Part shown: in pieces, positions 24,531-37,049 of the stretch
Position numbering within the stretch: position 1 is the stretch's first letter
Layout: the number at the start of each line of letters is the position of its first letter
Assembly: GCA_002269645.1 (NCBI GenBank)
Contig: NIVC01001568.1
Coordinates: 186,001-250,000 of the forward strand
Direction: 5' to 3'
Length of the DNA: 64,000 bases
DNA from: Macrostomum lignano
Taxonomy: Eukaryota
Notes under the pieces: model-generated
What the model was told of the DNA's origin: nothing
Databases searched by the model: none
What the model saw: only the letters and a program-made list of their open reading frames with translations
Translations under genes and position numbers: made by a program

Positions 24531-25154
24531 CCAGGCCCCTGTTCGTGCCCAGCTTATGGAGCCGCTAAGAGCAGCTGGAGTATCTTTAGTATAACAATAC
24601 AACCCATATCCTATTGGTTGAATGTTTTTAACAGAAAAAAGCAATCTGAAGGATCACGGCCAAAAATTATCCATCCGATAACGATGCAAAATTTGTAGTT
24701 GCCATGCATTTAATATTACCCACTTAGCATTTGCGTAGCAGCGTCTTGAACCAAGCTCGCTAAGACTCTTCAACGTGAATTTTTTATTCATTCTGACATT
24801 CGCGTGAGGACTATCTTTTAGCTTTGCGAATCTGATCATCAAAGTGCTTCATGCTTAATTTGCGTGAACATGATGAAGAGAATACTCGATCACGCGTTCC
24901 CACGCCCAGCTATGTTCTTCTCAAGATATTGACTCATTTCTGCTCAGCAACGGGTCAGAGTTGACCTCCGCTGACTCAAAACTGCCTGGAAAATGGGTCC
25001 AGAGATTCGGGAGTTTGGCTTTAACCTTAATCTTTGACTTTAAAATTTTAAATCTCAGCAATAAAAATTTGCTAGTTTAGGAAGGAGCAAAGAAAGCTTT
25101 ATCAACAGTTTAGACTAAATATGTCTGTTTGAAATTCTTCCAGGTGCCAGGTGA

Positions 25155-25410
25155 TATACCTATGTCAAACATGTGAGATACCAATGTCAAACATGGGAGA
25201 TACCTATGTCAAACAGGTGGCATACATGTCTCAAACAGGTGAGATACATGAGTCAAACAGGTGGCATACATGAGTCAAACAGGTGGTATACATGAGTCAA
25301 ACAGGTGAGATACATGAGTCAAACAGGTGAGATACATGAGTCAAACAGGTGAGATACATGAATCAAATAGGTGGTATACATGAGTCAAACAAGTGACATA
25401 CGTGAGTCAG
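25155..25410. repeat. Minisatellite, 22 bp unit (GAGTCAAACAGGTGAGATACAT)
   Basis: Direct copies. Confidence 0.92.
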
Positions 25411-26452
25411 AGTGTGTAACGAGTTTAAAACGATTCAAGCCAGTTTATCTCTCCCATGCGTGTAAGTTAGTCCAGGCTCGTACCGAAAGAGAACATTGAT
25501 AGCAGTCCAAGTTTCTTAGTTCAGTTCTCATCTCAAGCCAGACAGACATCGAAGTCCTAAGGGAGTTTTTTATTTTTTGCTAAGCATTTTTGGAGCAGAG
25601 CGCCCTGTCAGTCACGGCCGACATGATACAAGGGCCGCAGACTGACAGGAAGTCGGTCGCAAATTGAATCGAGTTTTGCCATTAGAGGCAGCCTGCCACA
25701 TCCGGTGCCGTCCATGCTGGTCATTGGCCAGTCTTAGGGAGCCGCCAAGTCTTCCCTTGTTCCCCAGCTCTATTCATCTTTCTCCTCAGGTAAAACCTCG
25801 CGCAGGAAATGCGCAGATCTGTGAATTATTCGCGCATCTGCCGATGAGTGCCAGCCGGCCTGTTGATCTGACGTCGCATCTTGAAGACTCTCGCAGTGCA
25901 CCTGCCAGCCATCACATTCTAAGGCATTCGAGGTACATTTAGCTCGTAGTAACCATTTGCTGCAGTACGTCATTAGCTGTCGTTTTCAGTCAAATCTCTC
26001 CAGAATACAAGCATTTTTTCTTTCTTTGAATTCCCTATTGATGAAATTTTGTTAACTCTGGCTCAACATTTTGTCCGGAATCTGGTGTGCCCGTTGAGTG
26101 ACTAGTACGAAAAACTGCGCCCGCCAGCAAATCGACGCATTTGAGGGGAGAAAAAACAATCCAAGCCGCTTCATCGGAGACTTTCCTATTTTGACATGTC
26201 CGAAATTCGGGAGGGGAGGGCGGGTGCGCTGAGCTGCCTTTTGGCGGACCCGAGCTCCTCATGCAGTCTGGAGAAATATCCCAAAACAGCGCGGTTCCCT
26301 CTGGCGGGCTTAGCAGTCACTCCGGGAGGGCGGGCTTGTAGCAATCCTGCCAGGAGCTTACACACCGCTTCCCGGCCGCAGGAGCTAAAATCCGGACCAA
26401 ATCTGGGTCGAGCAAACTTCCACCTGCATTGCAGACAAGTTGCCCGCGTCTC

Positions 26453-26460
26453 TATATAAG
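26453..26460 (+). promoter_or_regulatory. TATA box of the neuropeptide precursor gene
   Basis: TATATAAG 260 bp upstream of the ATG, followed by a probable non-coding first exon ending CAAG|GTAATT near 26588. Confidence 0.6.
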
Positions 26461-26712
26461 AACTCAGCAGAGCGGCCGTCTCAGCCGCCTTTTTCGGTCG
26501 AGAGAGAAGCAATTAGCGTAGTCGCTTGAAGGTCTCCGCCTGCCCGGGCTCCACAAACGCACTGACACACTTAGAAGAGAACGCCAAGGTAATTAATAGC
26601 TTTCAAATCTTCTTTCCTTCTTTGCATGTTTTCAATTCAGTTCTCTACGTGTTGAATTATCCTGTACAGTACGAGCGTAACTGCTTCGTAACAACTTAGA
26701 GCCGGATCTGCC

Positions 26713-27637
26713 ATGGTGCATCCAACAAAAAGCCTGCTGATTGTCGCTGCCTGCCTTGCCGTCGCTTACGGATCCAAGGTGAGCAGGTTAACCAGCTCGT
26801 CAATGAGTTCACTGAGAAGAAAATTGTGCACGAAACTTCGTCTCAAACTTTCAGGCTGCCGGTGGTCACGACGTTGACAAGAAGAGCAAAGGCTTTGAAA
26901 AAAGGTCAAATCCTCTCGTCGACTCCGGCCCGAACTATGAGTACGCCAGCCTTCAACATCCGTACGGCATGAAACGCTTTGACCCACTGTACGGCATGAA
27001 GCGCTTTGACCCACTGTACGGCATGAAGCGATTCGACCCACTGTCCGGCATGAAGCGCTTTGACCCACTGTACGGCATGAAGCGCTTTGACCCACTGTAC
27101 GGCATGAAGCGCTTTGACCCACTGTACGGCATGAAGCGCTTTGACCCACTGTACGGCATGAAGCGATTCGACCCACTGTCCGGCATGAAGCGCTTTGACC
27201 CACTGTACGGCATGAAGCGCTTTGACCCACTGTACGGCATGAAGCGCTTTGACCCACTGTACGGCATGAAGCGCTTTGACCCACTGTACGGCATGAAGCG
27301 CTTTGACCCACTGTACGGCATGAAGCGATTCGACCCACTGTCCGGCATGAAGCGCTTTGACCCACTGTACGGCATGAAGCGCTTTGACCCACTGTACGGC
27401 ATGAAGCGCTTTGACCCACTGTACGGCATGAAGCGCTTTGACCCACTGTACGGCATGAAGCGCTTCGACCCACTGTCCGGCATGAAGCGACTCGACCCTC
27501 TGTCCGGTATGAAGCGCTTTGACCCACTGTCCGGTATGAAGCGTTTTGATCCTCTGTCCGGCATGAAGCGTTTTGATCCTCTGTCCGGCATGAAGCGTTT
27601 TGACCCTCTGGCCAGCATGAAGCGGTCAAAGAATTGA
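26713..27637 (+). CDS. Neuropeptide prohormone (282 aa); exons 26713-26778 and 26855-27637; 24 KR-flanked heptapeptides (15 FDPLYGM, 7 FDPLSGM, 1 LDPLSGM, 1 FDPLASM); pedal peptide/orcokinin-like DPL motif
   Basis: GCCATGG start; signal peptide MVHPTKSLLIVAACLAVAYG; 76-nt phase-0 intron AAG|GTGAGC...TTTCAG|GCT joins in frame to the repeat ORF; dibasic KR between every peptide. Confidence 0.93.
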
Positions 27638-28144
27638 CGAAAAACAGTCAATAACTAATAAAAAACGAATACTTGACCAGCATATAGTGTTTCCGTGTGT
27701 CCTAGGAACTTTCCACTCAAATAGACACGAGGTTAGCATCGCTTCATTCATGATGAATGTCTCAGAAGACTGGAATGCTTGTTGCTAATGACACGGGAGT
27801 TTTTTCTGAGTTCTTTTGTCTCTACCAGCTGGAAGCAACCTAGTTGTGTTCTGTACTTTTGCGGTGCAAGGGCAACCCGCTCTTCGTCCCGCATGAGGAA
27901 GTGCACCATCATTTATTTTTGTTTTCGGCCTAACTTTGGCGTGTAGGCTGCGGGATGAGGGTCGTTCGACTGGGGATTGATTGGCTGGGCTCTTTCTGCG
28001 GTGTGATTGGCTGACGTAAGGTTGGGCCGGTCGGGAGAGACTGTGGGTGGGGTGGTGAGCTTGAGGGCTTGCAGCCTCCCCCCCCCCGACGCGAGCGCCT
28101 GCTACGAGGCGAGGTAGTTTCGCTGCTACTTGCGTCGCCACTCG

Positions 28145-28188
28145 ACGTAAGGACGGTCTCTTATTGCGAAGGCCCAATCCTTTGCGTG
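28145..28188 (+). other. Spliced-leader-like sequence (degenerate SL exon copy)
   Basis: ACGTAAGGACGGTCTCTTATTGCGAAGGCCCAATCCTTTGCGTG matches ungapped, at 35 of 44 positions, the Macrostomum lignano SL as I recall it (CCGTAAAGACGGTCTCTTACTGCGAAGACTCAATTTATTGCATG). The reference is from memory and unverified. Confidence 0.6.
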
Positions 28189-28902
28189 TCAGTTAAATAC
28201 TTGTGTATTTAAAAAACACAACACAGTTACAGTTACATACCGGCCCACTCACGTCAGCTACTGCTGCCAAGAAAGTGAGTTCGTAGCTACTTTGTCTTCT
28301 TTTTTCAGTTTGGTTGCCAATGGGACAGTTAAAGGTCCGTCCGTGTGTCCCGACGCCGACTCAGTTTAGGCTACGTAAGCATACCGCACATGTCTGTGAT
28401 TGTACGCCAGCCTGTGCGTCCTGAGGCCTCAGCCACAGGTGGTTGGAGTTCAGCCCCGGCGTCCTCAGGTGAGCATCGACCACACGAGAGCATTCTGACG
28501 CCCCAGATTTCAGGAAGCCTCGAGCAGTCGCATCCTGACTTTAGCAATTTTTTAGCATGTTCGTATAAAAGACATTTATTAAAACCAATAGCAGCTACAG
28601 ATTACGCAGAGGGGAAACTTATTAAATAGACTGAAAAGGTAGACATATAGGTGTTTCCTACAATGCTATTGCAGAGCTTAGATTTCTAATTATTAATTAA
28701 AAACAACTAAAGTACAAGGGGACAACTATTGAGTCAATATCAGATACGAGCGTAGCACAGCGGGTGCGAAATCAAACGATTGATCTATGAACAGTCGTAA
28801 GCACTCTGAATATTTGGAATTAATCGAAAATCAATAATAGTGAAAAATTTTAACAAAAGCTTCGAATCGTTTATGAAAAATTTATAAATAGAGTCTGCTG
28901 AT

Positions 28903-31900
28903 CTACAGACCAGAATCCTGAAGCTGGTATCTGAGTGAGTGCATTCGAAACACGAGGGCAGAAACGTGCTGCGCTATCTGTTTCCATATCTCTGTCTCGT
29001 TAGACCGCTTCTTGGCCACCGCCAGGAGGTCCTGAAGGCCCGGGAACCCGGCCGAAATTTCCGTCTCCTCCGTCTGGGAGGAGAACACCAGATTTCGCAG
29101 CGTCTTGTCGCGCAGCAGAGCTCCAGGATCCGCTAGCGTCTGCATGACCCGCATCCGACGATCGTTGAAGCCGCGCACCGACATCGGATCGATGTCCTCA
29201 CTGCCCGCGTCGATGCGCTCCTGCAGCTGCTGCACTGCCGAGCCAAGCCGGGCGCTCTCAGCCTCCAGAGCTGTCAGCGCGCTATCGAACTCTTTCCAAG
29301 TGTCGTTCACGTACTTGTCGTACTTGGCCGCGCTCGCGGGCCAGCCCCACTGCGACGGTGGAGTGGCAGAGTTGAAGCGATTTCGAATGTTCGCAATCAA
29401 AGCGGCCTCGTCGTACGGGAGAAGCCAAGTTTCGGACAACAGTCGCAGCATCTCAACGCCCCAGATGGCCACCTCGCCGTGAGCTCGCAGGCCAGGATCG
29501 ATAATACTCTCCATCACGGGCAGCGTTTCGTACATCGAATGATACAGCGGGTAGTACGAGCTGTACTTCGGATCGGCCACGTAGCTCGCATCGATAATCG
29601 GTACTGCAGCCGTCTGTATGAAGGCGGAGTAGTCGCTGGAGCCAATCGGAACGCTGAGCCTGTAGTCTTGGTCTAGCCAGCGTCTCTTAAACTCCTCGAA
29701 CATGGTCCCGCCGTCCTGGGCCGGCAGGTTTTTCAACGCCTGCAGGGCCGCCTCCTGGAGCAGCGGGTCTGCATTCGTACGAATTGAGTAGTTTCCACGC
29801 ACTGCGATGTCGATGTTGATGTAGGCTACCACTTTCTAGACAAGGAAGTAAAGAATGTGGGACAGCTTCCTGTTTGTGTACGCTATCATTAGCTCCTGTA
29901 CTCTAAACAAATTCTTAAAAAGAAGTTTTCTCATACCTCCCTAATCTGCGGAAGGCGATCTTCCACCCATTCCCAGCTGCCGGTGATGCCCTGCTCCTCG
30001 ACGTCCCAGCTACACAGAAGGATGCTGCGCCGCGGTCGCCAGCCGTCAGAGTAGAATTGGCCGAGCATTCTGGCAATTTCCAGCAGCACCGCGCTGCCAC
30101 TGGTGGCATCGACCGCCCCGGCACCCCAAGCATCGCGGTGATTGCCAAGAAGGACGTATCTGTAGACATTGCAAGTAAAAAACATCCCATTATGCCTGTA
30201 GGCTCTATTCAGGGGGAATTCACATTGTTAATTGAGCATTATACTACTACAAACGCAGCCTTTTTAGACCTGTATCCGTTTTTTTGCTCATTAAGTCTAA
30301 TACAGTAAGCTTCTCTGTCAATTGGTTCGAGAATATATCGCTGTGAACTGCGTCTGAAGTGTTGCCATGCGAGTCTACCTTTAGGCACAGTTAATTACGA
30401 GTGTAGTGTATCACTACAGCTATATCAGCTTTGATTAACTATTGCAAGCTTGTAAATACCAAGCATTACTCGCAGCGGCGAAGTGTGACGGAGAACTCAA
30501 ATTATTATCAGACTCCCGAACCAAAAATGGTAAAAACCGCACATTTGGAACCAATTAAAAGTCAAATCACCTGTCCGGTTCCAAGTCGCCTTTCATCTCC
30601 GCAAACACATTCACCGCGTTGACACCTTCCAAGATTCGATTATTGACAACTAGTCTGGCATGATCCACGCCAGGTGCAAAGCTGCCTCCAGCTCGATAGT
30701 CGATGGGCAGGCCGCCCTTTACGTACGAGCTGATGTTGGCGCCCTCGAGTACGCCCAGCAGCTTCATGGCGTCTCCGTAGCCAACGGGATAGCCTGGAAT
30801 CGGGGAGAAGACCGGCGGATCCGTTTGCTGTTTGATTTCGTCGAATTCGTCGCGATAGGCGAACGGCAGCGAGGGATAGGCGGGGGTCTGCGGGTCGGCC
30901 TGGCGCATTTTGGCGCTGCCGCGTTGAACGCCAGTGGGCGGCAGCCACCAGGAGTTCGGGTAAACGTCGTCAAGCCTGCCCGGCACCGCCCAGCCGTCGG
31001 CAGGGTCGGAGTAAACGATGCCACCAATGCAGCCGTAGGCGGCCGCGTTGACAAGTTTCTTGCCGCGACCGACGCCACCGTAGCGCATGAGGGCGATGGC
31101 GCCGCTCAGAGTGACGTTCAGCTGCTGCAGATACTCAAAGTCGCGCTCTCTGCCGTAGTTTGCGAATACGACTAGGCCAGAGACGTTTCCCGAGGGCGTG
31201 AAGGAGAGGATCGGTGGCACCTGTCAGATTTAGCGTGGGTAGCAGGAATGAATATACCGGTAAATAATGTTGTGCCTTTCTTATTGCTCTATCGATATTC
31301 ATAAAGCTTTTCGTTCAGAAATAGTTTTAAAGGCAGGTTTCACCGGAAAAATACACCACGGAGATGGGAAATTTCACGATTTTCAACACTAAAACAGTGA
31401 TTGGGTCTCTTAACAGTGTCAGAGAAAGTTCTAATCACACTGTTTTGTGCCTCACATTCTGCTCTAACGACACATTAATCGATTTTTCATGTTAAATTGG
31501 TCTTGTCATTTTTAAACGTTTTTTAAGTGAAAAAAGTGCATCGCAATACGCTCACACAGAGTGTACAGCGAGCCTGACTTTCTAATCTGTAAAGTCTCTG
31601 TGCCTTAAGGACTTTTTCCTCATCGGTGGGAGTCGCACAAAAACTTATCGTCCCATTTTCGCGTACAAGCCCCAAACGAATGTGGCCGCGCACCGAATCA
31701 AGGGTCCGGGGGTCGTAGCAAAGGTTCAGGTGCGTTTACCACTAAGCTCCACTGCGACCCCTTCGAAGCGGAGGTCTGATCTCTGCACATTCGCATACCT
31801 CAGTGATGAAAGAAATCAGGACGATGGCCTACTCAGGTAGCAATATGATGTAGCGCTTCAAAAGTTACAAACCGACTTTATGTGGAAAGTGGAAGCTCAC

Positions 31901-32545
31901 AAGATAATAAAATTCTCATATTTTTAATAACTGCCCCTGCCGCCCAGTCGGGATTTCCTGATTTGGAACTTTTTATTCCTACGCTCGTAAAGCAAGGCGG
32001 AGGTGGGCAACAGATGTCACAAGAGGTGCTATGATCGAATTTTCATTTATCAAAACATCACCAAGGCCCACCTGGTCAGTAAGGTTGAGCTTCACCAGTT
32101 CCTTCTCCTGCCTCTGACTCTCCACCACGGTTCCATTGGAATAGACAATGGTGAACAGGGACTCGCCCTGCCCCACCGTCATGCCCACCGGCACTGAGTA
32201 GTTCCGGGTGAACACCTCAAAGCCCGGCAGGCCGCTCAGCACGTCCCTGAAGTACTCGGCGGTGGCCCGGTGTCCCAGCGTGCCGGCAATGTGCGGTCGC
32301 GACGCCAGCGAGCTCAGGTGCCGTCCGATCTCGTCGCGCCGGACGGCGGCCCGCACCGACTGGCCGGTGAAGCCGCGCTCGCGCCGGCCGAGAGCTCGGT
32401 AGCGGTCGGCCAGAGCCTGCAGGCCGGATGTGTCCGGTGGTGGCCGAGCCGCATAGCCAATCCAGAAGAAGATCAGGGCGATGAGCAGTCCGCCACCGAT
32501 AGCGGCTCCGATCAACAGGCGCCGGCTTTGACCGCTTTGTCGCAT
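28903..32545 (-). CDS. Type II membrane M28B metallopeptidase (glutamate carboxypeptidase II / NAALADase-like); exons 32545-32072, 31220-30571, 30159-29937, 29835-28903
   Basis: N-terminal [24 protein letters not shown]; PHIAGT; PA domain [20 protein letters not shown]; zinc and catalytic motifs [32 protein letters not shown]; splice phases 0,2,0 are consistent. Confidence 0.93.
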
Positions 32546-33508
32546 TTTTTCACCTGCCAATCTTGTCTTCTACTGGTAGGTATGAGTATGCAGCAACCTG
32601 CTGGCTGATCTAGAGCAAAAAACCAGCACAGAAGTGACTTCATTTTGTCATTCTGTTTATACTTAGGTTGCGCGGCTGCTGCAATCGAACTATATGGCGA
32701 CTGATAAGCAAATGCAGAGCGCAATGGGCTCGAATTTCGTTTCAGAGAATCTTATTTGAGATTCTTACCTCCATAGCCAACTCTTCGCCATAGCAAGTCT
32801 CTCTTACAGTATGCCGGCTTGGTGGAAAATTCAGTATTGCATTTTAAGGTTCTGCTATCTCCTATCTTGAGCCAGGCTAAAGTGACACAGAAGCAGATTC
32901 CAATGTGAAACAGGCATGCATATTAATATTTAATACAGCTATCGACAGTTTTTTATCGCATTTACAATCTAGAAATGTTTTTCCCATAGTTAATTCACTT
33001 CACAGAGAAGCGCGAGTCCGTATTAAAGTTTAGTGTAATTTTGGACGCGTGGTTGGTTCTCGTAGTTTTCTGTCACGTTCTCTTCACGAAGCAAATATAA
33101 GATGGAATGGAATGACTTTACGGCACGGTCAGCTCCTGACTCTTCACCAAGGGTTGACCTCGTAAGAACTGGTGCTGTACCTATATAGAGCTATATTTAC
33201 TGGCACAACAGGTGCTGTACCTAAGACTGCGTTAGACAGTTTCCTTAACTGCACAAAACTTCTAAAACTAGCGGCAGACCTTTAAAATGAGACCGCCCAA
33301 GCTGAAGCAAAAAAACAATGGTAGGACGGTACCACAGCAAAGATGCTATTTTAAGAACTTATTGTTTCTGCCATAGACAGTAGTTTAGTTCTGCTTGTGC
33401 AACACAGGAAAACTCTCAAGAAGATACCAGTTCAAAAATAAATATTTTTATAACTTGTGCTTTCAAGAATTTCCGTATTTCAAGCAGCTTAGTTTCCTGA
33501 CATTAGCA

Positions 33509-35559
<2,051 letters not shown>

Positions 35560-36200
35560 TCCAGCGCCACCACTTTGTTATTTGTCATTACATAATCGTT
35601 GAACTTTCGATTATTTGAAGAAATCCAAGATTAAATGCAATTTTAGGTAGGTTAATTCAAGATTCTCAACGTTAAGTTAACTTCTTTGAAGACCAATTGA
35701 AATATGAATATTTTGACGTCACTTCAACGACCTGTTAGGGAACAAACATTGGAGCTTATATATTTATGCGAGCGCGTTGCTATCTGCTCGAAAAAAGAAA
35801 TCATTGATAGTTTTGAAAAATCACCAAAAATAGCCGAATTCTTCGATTTGGCCGTTTCCAAAAACAATAACACAACAAAAAACACAGCATTTTCTCAAAA
35901 CAGCGTCACAAAATCTGGGGCGTCAGCCAGCAGGCTCTCTACTAATTCCGAGTGCGCGCCTGTCCTTGCCGGTAGTGCGCCGTCACCGTCAGCAGCACCT
36001 GCTCGGTCTGAGGGCTGTGCGACGGCGCGGATGATGCGGCCTGTCAGCTGGAGTGGCCGACGGCCCAACAGGTCGCTTGGACGCGACTGAATGAGGCGAG
36101 AGTTGACACTAAATCAAGTACAGATCGAAGCATAAGTCATCTGCAATTTAAGCCTTGTTCTGCTCTTACAGCACTCAGGACAGCACAATAAGTTTTGGGG

Positions 36201-36550
36201 GGGCTGTGCTCTAATGGTTAGAGCGTCGGACTCACGACTTGAAGGTCGGGGGTTCGATTCTTGATCCCACAGGAACGCTTTCTGTCCTTGAGCAAGACAC
36301 TTACCAGGGTAACTCTGCATTGCCTTAGTTCACCCAGTTGTTAAATGGGTGCCAGCATTGGCTGGGGTAATTGAGGGTGTGTGTGGCGACCCCCCCCCCT
36401 CCAGTCCTTGGACTGAACAGCCGTACGCAGCCTTTAGATGCGCCGCGCAATGGCTGCGGCTGAGCTGTCGGTTGCAAATCTGGCCTAATTGTGGCTTTTG
36501 TAATCAATTATTATTATTAATAATATTATTACTATTATTATCATTATTAC
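36201..36550 (+). mobile_element. tRNA-derived SINE with conserved central domain and (TTA)n tail
   Basis: A-box GTGCTCTAATGG, B-box GGTTCGATTC, core GTCCTTGAGCAAGACACTT...CACCCAGTTGTTAAATGGGT resembling V/Meta-type SINE domains, and a TTA-rich tail. Confidence 0.8.
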
Positions 36551-37049
36551 TGTCGCCTACACAAGTCAACAGTGTTGGAACTTATAAAGATTTTCGCGCA
36601 AAATCGAGAGATATTTACTTGAATTGATGGAGGCCTGAATAAATCTAACAACACTCATTTTTATTTATTACAATTGTACTCGAATCTGTGTGTACATCAG
36701 TAGAGTTGCATGGCAAAGACTAAGAGACCAAGCCACCCTCCTGGTTACGAGAACATTGTCACTGCGCTGTTTATTAGAACCTTTGTGCTCACTGGGGCCG
36801 CCGACTGCCTCATACACACGGGTTGCGTGTTTTATCGATAGATAGCTCCATGAAGCAGTGCGGTTACGTCACTGTGCAGACGGGCAATCTCGCCACGCTG
36901 TCTAATAGCATAGGGGCCTATCGTGTACGCGCTACACAGTTCCAAATGAGTATAAAGGCGCTGGACAGCTGACTTGCCGATTGGATCTAGCAAGTTGCAT
37001 ATTTGACTCGTCACTGTTTGCTGAGACAACGAGAATCTTTATATTTGGA

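Noticed and set aside
21480-25410. Regular repeats considered as CRISPR arrays
   Set aside because: No unique spacers, no cas genes, eukaryotic context.
26766-27651. Antisense ORFs (RTVGQSASC and GSKRFMPYS repeats)
   Set aside because: Shadows of the plus-strand prohormone, which has the TATA box, signal peptide and splice sites.
36201-36275. Possible tRNA gene
   Set aside because: The acceptor stem does not close and the sequence continues into a SINE body and tail.
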